The notes under the pieces are model-generated. The model was not told where the DNA came from and did no database searches. It saw nothing but the letters and a program-made list of their open reading frames with translations. This document shows, piece by piece, positions 53,636 through 64,000 of a stretch of 64,000 nucleotides of DNA (positions within the stretch are counted from its first letter, which is position 1; each line of letters begins with the position of its first letter). The position numbers were made by a program, and so were the translations under genes. This stretch comes from Octopus bimaculoides (taxonomy: Eukaryota): NCBI RefSeq assembly GCF_001194135.2, contig NC_068989.1:21833526-21897525 (forward strand), in the 5' to 3' direction.

Positions 53636-54609
53636 TGTGTGTGTTTGTGCACGCGCGCATGTCTACCGATATAATATGCTATGTATGTATGTATGTATGT
53701 ATGCATATATGTTTGTATACATGTATGTATGTATATGCTGATCGTTTTTTCTGTTATAACTCGATTTTCATAGATAACAGAAACGGTAGGGTAGTAACCC
53801 GACTATGATAAAGCGGTTTCAGGTTACTTTGTTCCACAAAGGAATGCAAAACATGAAGTTTTTCTTTACTTGACCGGGACTATTGAAAAAAACAAGCGTA
53901 AAGGTAGGTGTTAGTGCTTATCACCGAGACTCTAACCTGACGTTAATTCAATCCACAATGTTATAAAGGAAGAAATGAGGGTGACAAGTTGGCAGATTCA
54001 ACTTAGCGGCATTTCTTCCTGTTTTATGTTCTGAGATCAAATTCCTTTTGATGTCGATAAAATAAATACGATTTGAGCACTGTCCTCCCAAACATCTCAG
54101 GCCTTGTGGTTATAGTGGTAAGTTATATAGAATAGAAATCAATCTATAAACTAATCAAGAGCTAAATTCATGTGTTCACTCTGAAAACTCAAGAGAAAGT
54201 CGTTCAGTATCTGGGCCACCAAATACGTATACGACCTACTCCAACATATAACTTCAATCCATATAGATTTCTCTTTAGTCGGATTGTTCCTCTCAGATTA
54301 TGGTTTTCTATAACATGCATTTTTCAGCTCTATTGTTACTCGTTATTGTAGTTCGGTTATATATCCGTCAGCCAACACTTATGCGTAACTGACCTATTTG
54401 ATATTTCTCCTTACTACATACACTGTTGTTTAAATGACGGCACCCTTCCCACCCTTCACTCTTTGTTAACAGTGTTCACTGAAGCGTCCTCAAGGCGCAG
54501 CCAAGATACTTTAAGCTAGTCATGCAGAACTTCCATGAAATCAAGCACCAAATATATTCACTCGGACATGACAACATAATCTATAATCATTACTCAGTAC
54601 CATAGAAAC

Positions 54610-54776
54610 CAGCAGCGGAGCTAGGAGGGGTGGTAAGCATTGGGCGGTTCGCTCCTAGCGGCGCTTTTACAGGGAAGGCCTGGGTTACCTTTTGGCTCTG
54701 GTGTATACATCTGGATAAGGTGTAGAGAAGCAAGCTTAAGGGCTGCCCCGGATGGCACACACTAACTACACCAATG
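54610..54776. mobile_element. Small hAT-type MITE
   Basis: Degenerate 15-bp TIRs CAGCAGCGGAGCTAG / CTAACTACACCAATG; 8-bp TSD ATAGAAAC/ATAGAAAG. Confidence 0.6.
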
Positions 54777-54984
54777 ATAGAAAGAAACAGTTTTGCACTA
54801 CGGTCTCCATATTCATGATTATCACACAGTCAAATCCTTCCTTGTAGTCATTACAAATGTTAGGTTCGACAATCTCTGGCAGTCACTAATAGGGAACAAG
54901 TGTAACATTACAAATACTGATTCAGAGAGATGAGATTTCATTTTAAGAACTAGAAATACTTCAACTTTGAAGTACTCCGCACTG

Positions 54985-55648
54985 AAATATTGGTTTCAAA
55001 TTATGGCACAAGGCCAACAATTTTGGGGGAGGGGTTAAATCGATTACATCGATCCCAGTGCTCAACTGGTACTTATTTTATTGATCCTGAAAGGATGAAG
55101 GGCAAAGTCGACCTTGGCGGAATTTGAACTCAGAGCGTAAAGAGAGACGAAATGCCGCTAAGCATTTTGCTCGGTGTGCTAACGATTCTGCCAGCTTGCT
55201 GTCTTTATTAGCCTTAATATTGGTTTCAAATTTTGGCACAAGGCTGGTAGTTTCGAGAGAGGGATTAAATCGATTAAATCGACCCCAGTGCCCAACTGGT
55301 ACTTATTTTATCGATCCCGAATGAGATTAATGGCAAGTCGACCTCAGCGGAATTTGAATTCCGAACGTAAAGACACGAAATACCGCTAATCATTTCGCCC
55401 GGTGTGCTAACGATTCTTATTTCTTTATTGCTCACAAGGGGCTAAACATAGAAGGGACAAACAAGGACAGACAAAGGGATTAACTCGATTACATTGACCC
55501 CAGTGCGTAACTGGTACTTAATTTATCGACCCCGAAAGGACGAAAGGCAAAGTCGACCTCGGTGGAATTTGAACTGAGAACGGAGCGACGGGCAAAATAC
55601 CGCTAAGCATTTCGTCCAGCGTGCTAACGATTCTGCCAGCTCGCCGTC
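54985..55648 (-). mobile_element. Three head-to-tail SINE family B copies
   Basis: The core (cccagtg...actggtact...gaaaggcaaagtcgacct...gaatttgaa) occurs three times in the same orientation. Confidence 0.85.
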
Positions 55649-55649
55649 T

Positions 55650-55657
55650 TACTACTA

Positions 55658-55722
<65 letters not shown>

Positions 55723-55724
55723 GG

Positions 55725-55783
<59 letters not shown>

Positions 55784-55820
55784 GTGATGATGGTGATGAT
55801 GATGATGATGGTGATGATGG

Positions 55821-55861
<41 letters not shown>
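55650..55861. repeat. Compound microsatellite (ACT)n(GCT)n(GAT/GGT)n
   Basis: Direct reading of the sequence. Confidence 0.95.
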
Positions 55862-55863
<2 letters not shown>

Positions 55864-56780
55864 ATCCGTCTCCATCAGCTGACTAATACCCACGTATAGG
55901 CGGCGAACTGGCCGAATTGCTGGAGTGTAGAATAGATTGCCTTATGGCAGGTGTTCCAGTTCTCTGCGTTCTGAGTTCAAATCCCTCACGGGTCCTATTT
56001 GTCTTTCTTTCTTGGATAAAAAGTTTTGATTAATAAAATACCTGTCATTTACTAGAATTGATGCTTCTCTTCTTATCTGTGTCTCTCTACCTGGAAGAAA
56101 TCGATTATGACAAAAGTTAGATAGAGATGGGCTTCACTAGGCATTAAAATGTCCGAGATACACCGTGTGAAATGTGGGCGCTTCCACGTGTCTATCAGGA
56201 TTTGAAATAAAACATAAAGTAAACACTAACGAATACACTACAAGGATTCGGTCAGTTCGCCGCCTATTGATGAGTATTAATCAGCTGAATGAGACATCTT
56301 TTTAAATTTTATTATTATTAGTCAGCCAGAAATTACCTCTAACCCAGACCATCTGAGGTACACGACTATCTTCACCCTTACTGCATTCATCCATAGATTC
56401 TACACTTAACTCTTTCCCAGAGCTGAAGCTTTCAGCTCTGACCCATCAGATATATAACTAAAACGTATTCTATCCGTGACTACTCCGTCTGTTTTTGTTT
56501 TCCAGATATAGTGTATCTAGAATCACTTTATCAAATGTATTTTTTAAAGAAGGTATGGTGTGGTTTAAGGAAAAACTGGTTGCTATTTCTAGCAGGTCGA
56601 GTGAACACTTGCCTTTTGTGAATCGACCAACAGAAGTGCAAGCTAAACGTCTTTACTTATTTATAATCCATTTCATCGATTAGTAATTGACTTTAGAAAA
56701 ATCTCATCTACTACATGTGTAGTAAGTACAATCCGCTACTATAATTAACAGGAATTAATTAATGAATGTTTAATCAACTC

Positions 56781-57177
56781 GTGGAGGTGCAATGGCCCAG
56801 TGGTTTGGGCAGCGGACTCGCGGTCATAGGATCGCGGTTTCGATTCCCAGACCGGGCGTTGTGAGTGTTTATTGAGCGAAAACACCTAAAAGCTCCACGA
56901 GGCTCCGGCAGGGGATGGTGGCGAACCCTGCTGTACTCTTCCACCACAACTTTCTCTCACTCTATCTTCCTGTTTCTGTTGTGCCTGTAATTCAAAGGGC
57001 CAGCCTTGTCACACTGTGTCACGCTGAATATCCCCGAGAACTACGTTAAGGGTACACGTGTCTGTGGAATGTTCAGCCACTTGCACGTTAGTTTCACGAG
57101 CAGGCTGTTCCGTTGATCGGATCAACTGGAACACTCGACGTCGTAAGCGACAGAGTGCCAACAACAACAACAACAAC
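56781..57177 (+). mobile_element. tRNA-derived SINE, family A
   Basis: Same family; (CAA)n tail and TSD AATCAACTC. Confidence 0.85.
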
Positions 57178-57299
57178 AATCAACTCGTAGTTCTATATTG
57201 AAGTTTAACCTGTAAAACAGAGCCAAGACAGAACACGGATGCAGTGGCTTCATGGTAATACATTCTAACACAACGACGTACTACAGAAATGACCAAACC

Positions 57300-57600
57300 G
57301 ACGATTAAGTCGCTATGCTGTCACTCGATCTGGGATCATTGTTGATGATCTGGGTTTCAGTGACGAATTCCAACGTTTTGATGGCGACTGTTCGTCGATC
57401 ACGGGTTTTCTTCTTTGCTGTTGTCTCATAATCGAATCCTGAATCTTTCATCTCCTTTCTGACCGTTTGCACAATCCTTCTGTTGACGTTGAGGATGTCT
57501 GAAATCTTGTTTGTCCTTCCGGTGCGGATTCCAAGGAGGACTCCATGTCTCTTCCACAAATCTGTGTGTGTGTGTTAGAGGTGAGCGTCACAATTTTCCA
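57300..57600 (-). mobile_element. Tc1/mariner-superfamily transposase N-terminal remnant
   Basis: KRHGVLLGIRTGRTNKISDILNVNRRIVQTVRKE...NNDPRS, an HTH-like segment. Confidence 0.55.
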
Positions 57601-58087
57601 TATTCAATTATTCTGAAAAAAAAAGAAAAAGAAGCAAAAATGGCTTTTCTTTTTAAGAAGAAAAAGACGGGCAACGGAAGTAAAAAAAATATGCGTAAAA
57701 TTAGCAGTTGAAAATTACGAACGAATAACGTTTGTTCCTGTATCTTGATATCACATTGAAGAACACGGCCGAGGGTACACCTTGACTTGAAAAAGAGAAG
57801 TAAAATAAGTGGTTGTTGCGATTGATGTGCCTCTTGGCCTATGTTTGCTCGAGAAAGGTTGATAGAGGGTTTAGCAGCAACAACTGAACCGATACGCCGG
57901 AAGAGCTACCACAATACTATCCTATTTCTTAACTACCCCGAGCCAACGAACGAGGGGAATCACTATGGCTTTGCTGGAAATGACAGAAATAACTGCCAAA
58001 TCTCCCTCATACAATATTACATTGTCTTTAAAAAGGAAGGCTACATTGGATAATGTAGTTTCTTTTTATTAGTCCATTCGTCTAAAT

Positions 58088-58433
58088 CAGTGGTTCTCAA
58101 CCATTTTTTATTTATGGACGCCTTTGGTTATTATTTTATTCTGGCGAACCCCACAAACCATTTGATGTTTAAAAACCAGTTTTATTGATACTTCTTTCAA
58201 AATTCCTAGTTTGTTCATCATACATTAACTTGTGTAGTTTAAACTATCTAAAATGTTAGAGAAATAAACCTCGCAGTTTCTTGCAATAAATAGATCAAAA
58301 GCGAAGTTTTTCCATGGATTCTTATAATACCACCATAGATCTCCAATTGACTATTTTGTTTGCGTGAACTTCCGCCACATCCATTCTTATATGGACCTTC
58401 AGGGGTCATGTGGACCACTGTTGGGAACCATTG
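58088..58433. mobile_element. hAT (Charlie-like) MITE
   Basis: CAGTGGTTCTCAAC...GTTGGGAACCATTG; TSD GTCTAAAT/GTGTAAAT. Confidence 0.75.
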
Positions 58434-58484
58434 GTGTAAATGGAATACAAGTTGGTTTTTGCCTGGACGGCAACAGTAGCTACC

Positions 58485-59133
58485 GCTGAGACCCCCTTCG
58501 GTCATGACTGACCATGGGATTGCACCTAGAAAGTTACCCTCCTAGGCACAAGTCCGGGCAAGGTTGTTTATGAAAGACCAGCAGTCGCCCATGCATACCA
58601 GCCTCCCCTCTCCACGCCACCAGTGTTATCCAAGGGAAAGGCAAAGGCTGATACAGCTTGACACCTATGACGTCGCAATTCATTTCTACAGCTGAGTGAA
58701 CGGGAGCAACGTGAAACAAAGTGTCTTGCTCAAGCACACAACACGCAGCTCGGTTCGAGATTCGAACTCACAACCTCACGATCGTAAGCTCGACGCTCTA
58801 ACCACTGAGCCATGCGCCTTCACAGTAGCTACTCCAACTACTGACCACGGGATTGCACCTAGAAAGTTTCCGTTCGAGGCACAAGTCCGGGCAAGGTTGT
58901 TTATGGAAGACCAGCAGTCGTCCATGCATACCAGTCGGTATCCAAAGGAAAGCGAAGGCCGATACAGCTTGGCACCAGTGACGTCGCAACTCATTTCTAC
59001 AGCTGAGTTAACTGGAGCAACGTGAAATGAAGTGTCTTGCTCAAGAACACAACACACAGCCCGGTCCGGGAATCGAACTCACTACCACATGATTGTGAAC
59101 CTGATGCTCAAACTACTGAGATATGCGCCTTCA
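58485..59133 (-). mobile_element. Two tandem copies of tRNA-derived SINE family F
   Basis: 58485-58822 and 58840-59133 repeat; minus-strand head gtgaaggcgcatggctcagtggttagagcg...gttcgaatc. Confidence 0.85.
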
Positions 59134-60480
59134 CGGCTACTACAACAACAACATTAACATCATCATCGACCACTTCTCAGTTTTGCTTATAACCTAGAGA
59201 GCTTTGTCAATAGTTTCAACGGCATTCTGCTGAGGTGCCACGCCTTTATCTATTACTGTTTAGAAAAACTGAAACGCTACCCAACAGGACGTTGTTTATT
59301 AATCCATCAAATTTATCTCCTGGTGTCTATTACTAAATGTGCTTACGTGCGATTACAAGAAAATCTAGGTGGGGAGTGTGGTTGGCGTAGTCGCATAATA
59401 AACAATATAATTTTTTTCTTTTTCATGAATTAGCCTGAGGAAAAAGTGGAGTGGAGATGGCCTATTTCAGAGCTTCTGTGGCGGGTAGGAGAGTGACTGG
59501 CGGAAACTAAACTTACACGGAAGTTTTGTCCCAACAGAGTAGATTCAGCTTAAGCTGTGGTCCTCAGTAAGGCTCCATATGATCCTTGGGACCCATGTAA
59601 GTTGTTAAAACTTACGTACAATTAGTCGGTTTTACTTGTACAATGCACAAACATATTTAAACGATTTTCTTTATGTAATTCCTAATAATATTTATTAATA
59701 AAGATATCTTTATCTTTTAGCATTTACTTGTTTCTGTCATTAGACTGCGGCCATGCTGGGGCACCACCTTGAAGAATTTTCTGTCGAATGAATCGATCGC
59801 GGTATTTATTTTGTTTTTTAAAGCTTGGTACTTATTCTATCGGTATCTATTGCCGAACAGCTAAATTACGGGGATGTAAACATTCCAACACCGGTTGTCA
59901 AGCGGTGGTGAGGGATAAACACAGGCACAAACACACACACAGAAATACACACACACACACTCACACACTCACACAAAGATATATATAAGACGAGTTTCTT
60001 CCAGTTTCCGTCTAGCAAATCCACTCACAAGACTTTGGTCAGTCTGGGGCTATAGCAGAAGATGCTTGCCCAAGGTGCCATGCAATGGAACACACATACA
60101 TACATACATACATACATACATACATACATACGGTAGAAAGCTAATTCGAAGACTACAGATCCAATCCATCACTGGAACTGTAAAAATCTGTGAAACCTTC
60201 CAGAAATTTATCATTTAAATATATATGAGCATGTCTAGATATACAACTATATGCATGAGAAGACATACATAAGACAAAGCATACGAATCTGCACACATAC
60301 ATACATACATACATACATACATACATACATGCATACATACATACAAAAATACCTTGTTGTTGATGTTGAAAATCCAATGAAGGAGCCTTGGATCTTCGTT
60401 AGAAACCGGCTCTTTCTCTATTCGCAAGAAATCTTGAAATAAACTGAATAATGACATACATACATACATACATACATACA

Positions 60481-60810
60481 TGATGGCCGTCCACTCGTGA
60501 CCGAGGAAGACCATTGCTGACCTTCGGGAACATTGTGCGTTCTAGGACTAACTTATATTTTGCATTTTCGGCTCCGTTGGTGGCTAATGAGCCCTGCTCT
60601 TGACAAGCATACACGACTGCAAACATTGCAGACCAAGCTTTACCCATTCACTATACGAGCCGTGTGCTTTCGCGCAGCTCGCTTAAGTTCTTCATGCTGG
60701 ATATGTGCTCTCTCAAAAGTGTTGATCCCCTCCTTAACCTGCTTCCGCCATCTGTGGCGATGACAGGCGTTGTTCTCCCAGTCAGTGTCCTGTATATCAC
60801 AGGCCTTTAT
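60481..60810 (-). mobile_element. 5'-truncated RTE/BovB-like LINE 3' end
   Basis: CDIQDTDWENNACHRHRWRKQVKEGINTFE...CNVCSRVCLSRAGLISHQR C-terminal zinc-finger motif, with an (ATGT)n tail. Confidence 0.8.
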
Positions 60811-61792
60811 ATATACATACATACATACATACATACCTGCAGTATCTATGGAAATTCTGCGGTTATTTTGAAAACTATAAGATGGTCGGAATTTTATAGA
60901 GAATCGTATATGGTTTTTTTAAAATTATGTTTTGTTTGAAATAGCTCATTCTTTAAATTATGTAAAACTTCATATATGTAATACTGGATGTGTAGTTTCA
61001 AGAGACACCATCTCTGAAAGCTAGAGTCCTTCTCACCTCTTCTGATGTTATCTACTATTTCTCATTTGACGTCAAGAAGTAACTACGGAACGAAATTGAA
61101 GATATAATCTATCCATGATATTATTCTGTCAATGTACATCCATATTTTGGTACCATTGAGTGAAGCTTAGTAGCTGGCTTACCGAGCTGTGGATCTTTTT
61201 TTTTTAATCTTTTACCTCTTATTTGTTCCAGTCAATTGGCTGCAGCCATGCTGGGACAACACTTTGAATTCGTAGTCAAATAAATCGACCCGGGTACTTA
61301 TTTATTTTTATGTCTAGTATTTATTCTATCGGTATCTTTGGCCGAACCACTAAGTTACTCGAACGTAAACAAACCAGCATCGGTTGTCAAGCGGTAGTGG
61401 TGGATAAACAGATACAAAAACAAACACACGCACGCGCACGCACACACATACACAATGGGATTACACACACACATACGACGGGCTTCTTTCAGTTCCCATC
61501 TACCAAATCTACTCACAAGGCTTTGGTCAGCCTGAGGATATAGTAGAAGACAGTTGCCCAAGGTACCATGCAGTGGGATTGAACCCGAAAGCATATGATT
61601 GGAAAGCAAGCTTCTTACCACCCAGCTGCCAGTGATATAGGCGCAGACATGGCTTCCTAACCATGTGATACTTGGTTCGGTCTCATTGAACACCATCTTC
61701 TACTACTATAGTCTCGAGTTAATTAAGGCATTGAGTAAAATTTGATAGAGAGAAACAGTATGAAAGCCCATCACGCGCGCGTGCGTGCGTGC

Positions 61793-61862
<70 letters not shown>

Positions 61863-62427
61863 GTGTGCGTATTTGTGAGTATTTGTGCGCTTGTACGTTT
61901 AAGTTTATGCTGCCTAAAACTAGTGATGCTGTTGATGCACCGTAGCATAGCGGATCGACAAATACAATTGATAAAATAAGTACCAAAATTTAACGTAATA
62001 ACTCGACAAAACTCTTGAAAGCGGTGCCCCAGCTTGAGTACAATACACTTACCGGTAAAAGCCTAACTGGATAAAAATGTATAAATACCATACTTTAATT
62101 AACTAATTTATATTATTATGATTGTAATGATTACCTTAAGAATTTACATATATGTTTATACTTACACGTACACACACATTTTGTTACATCTTGATATTCT
62201 AACTTCACCTCCTGCCTCTTCATCTTTAAATATCCGAATCACTTTCGGTTCTTTTTCTTGCGTCTACTTTCTCGTTTCTTAAAATTCTCATGCTTTTCCT
62301 CTCTGTCCCTCTGTATCTTTCTTCACAATCAAAGTCAACGTGTATATATACATTACATACACACATAAATATTTACATACTAATCCTGTTATTTCACTTA
62401 CAAAGATACTGTTAGAAATACTTCAAA

Positions 62428-62840
62428 AACGCGGAGAAACTCAGCCTTTCACTCTTTAGAATCCCCTTTCATACTCTCTCTTATTTCTCTTCATACGTTT
62501 CACTTTCTCTCTCTATGTCTCTCTTACATTCCTTCTATATCTCTGTCTCTCTCTATCATTGGCAGTTTTCTTTCACATGCGCTACGCCGCAGCCTATCAG
62601 CAAATAGACTTCACTCTGCATATAAGTCAAAAACGTAGAGAAATTCGGCCTTTCATTTTTTAGAATTCCCTGTCGTACCCTGTCTTCTTATTTCTCTTTA
62701 TAAGTTTCTCTCTCTCTATGTCGCTTTCTCACTTTCCCTGCGTCTCGCTATCATTCGCAATTTAATTTTCTTTCACATGCATTACGCCGTAGCTCATCAG
62801 CAAATAGACTTCACTCTATTTGCATATAAGTCACAAAACA
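62428..62840 (+). repeat. Diverged tandem duplication, two units of about 205 bp
   Basis: tttctttcacatgc...acgccg...atcagcaaatagacttcactct...gcatataagtca occurs at about 62565-62630 and 62765-62832. Confidence 0.8.
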
Positions 62841-63192
62841 GCGGTTCACTTCGTTTCGAGATGATCCGAGCACATGATATTGATAAGGCACAATAATGGC
62901 GAAATATCGGTATCTGCCATTGTTTCACCTGGTCTGTGACATTCAGATGTTCTTTAACATTCGGCATCGTGTGGGAAGATTCCTTGGACGCTATCCCACA
63001 GCAAATTTGACGTATAAATAAAACACATGCACTATGTATGTGTGACCGATAATATGCATATATATACACACATATGTAGTTATCGTTAAAATATGTACAT
63101 ATATACATTTTATACAGTGCAAGTGTTACCTGATGTTGAACTCAATACGTTGGTTAGAGTGAATAGTTACATATATTTTAACAAAAGTCGAC

Positions 63193-63358
63193 AGGCGTAG
63201 GAGTGGCTGTGTGATAAGTAGCTTGCTTACGAACCACATGGTTCCGGGTTCAGTCCCACTGCGTGGCACCTTGGGCAAGTGTCTTCTACTATAGTCTCGG
63301 GCCAACCAAAGCCTTGTGAGTGGATTTGGTAGACGGAAACTGAAAGAAGCTCGTCGTA

Positions 63359-63403
<45 letters not shown>

Positions 63404-63640
63404 GTGTGTATATGTTTGTGTGTCTGTGTTTGTGTGTCTGTGTTTGTCCTCCCAATATCGCTTGACAACCGATGCTGGTGTGTTTAGGTACCCGTAACTT
63501 AGTGGTTCGGTAAAAGAGACCGATAGAATAAGTACTAGGTTTACAAAGAATAAACCCAGGGGTCGATTTGCTCGACTAAAGGCGGTGCTCCAGCATGGCC
63601 ACAGTCCAAATGACTGAAACAAGTAAAAGAGTAAAAGAAT
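63193..63640 (+). mobile_element. Composite SINE family C plus D, well preserved
   Basis: tRNA-like head GGCGTAGGAGTGGCTGTGTG, CACCTTGGGCAAGTG motif (CORE-like), microsatellite linker and (GTAAAAGA)n-like tail. Confidence 0.8.
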
Positions 63641-64000
63641 AAAAGAGAGAGTCTGTTCGGTGTGTGTAAGAGAGAGAGAGTGCGCGCGCGCGCGTGTATA
63701 AGAGAGAGAGAATGAAAGAAAAAGAGAGAAAGAAATAAAGTGGTAACGAAAGGTACACACATGCGCGCGCGCACGCACACACACAAAGTGGACCATGCTG
63801 ATATAAAGAATACAATATATGAAGATCAATTTGAGACTGAAATGCTATCGAACTGACATTTTTTCACCAAAGTTTCTCTTACTAAGTATCCATCTTTTCG
63901 TACTTCCACCTACGTCCTCGTATTATCAATTCATTTCAGTTTATATAAATGTAAACACACACAGATATATATACATATATGTATATATATATATATATAT

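Noticed and set aside
48260-55648. CRISPR-like regularly recurring repeats
   Set aside because: They are SINE copies of about 200 bp without a repeat-spacer structure, in eukaryotic DNA with no cas genes.
55621-55899. Poly-Asp/poly-Met/poly-Ile ORFs (also 41238-41528, 53473-53741, 39256-39539)
   Set aside because: Translations of microsatellites or telomere-like repeats.

Overview
AT-rich, repeat-dense eukaryotic genomic DNA with six N gaps. The SINE families, TTAGGG repeats and microsatellites point to a cephalopod (Octopus-like) genome; this is inference. There are no prokaryotic features or CRISPR arrays, and almost every ORF in the supplied track comes from gaps, microsatellites or transposon debris. 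The only host coding sequence I recognise is the 57-nt first coding exon of an ethanolaminephosphotransferase (SELENOI/EPT1 family, MADIVGLTPSILAGFDKYK followed by GTATGT) on the minus strand at 8252-8308. It recurs about 30.7 kb away (ATG at 39068, rest in a gap) as part of an old segmental duplication (1-8.4 kb vs 33.5-39.2 kb). Within that duplication only the block from the promoter through exon 1 to the start of intron 1 is near-identical. That block also contains a candidate short terminal exon with a polyA signal. I could not find SELENOI exons 2 onward anywhere in the window. The rest is transposable elements: a decayed but structurally complete Gypsy LTR element, a pogo/Passer-type element nested in a Tx1/L1-type LINE, other LINE fragments, mariner/Tc1 remnants, hAT and piggyBac MITEs, a 1.3-kb foldback element, an inverted-repeat element carrying telomere-like repeats, and many SINEs. 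All identities are by-eye estimates.
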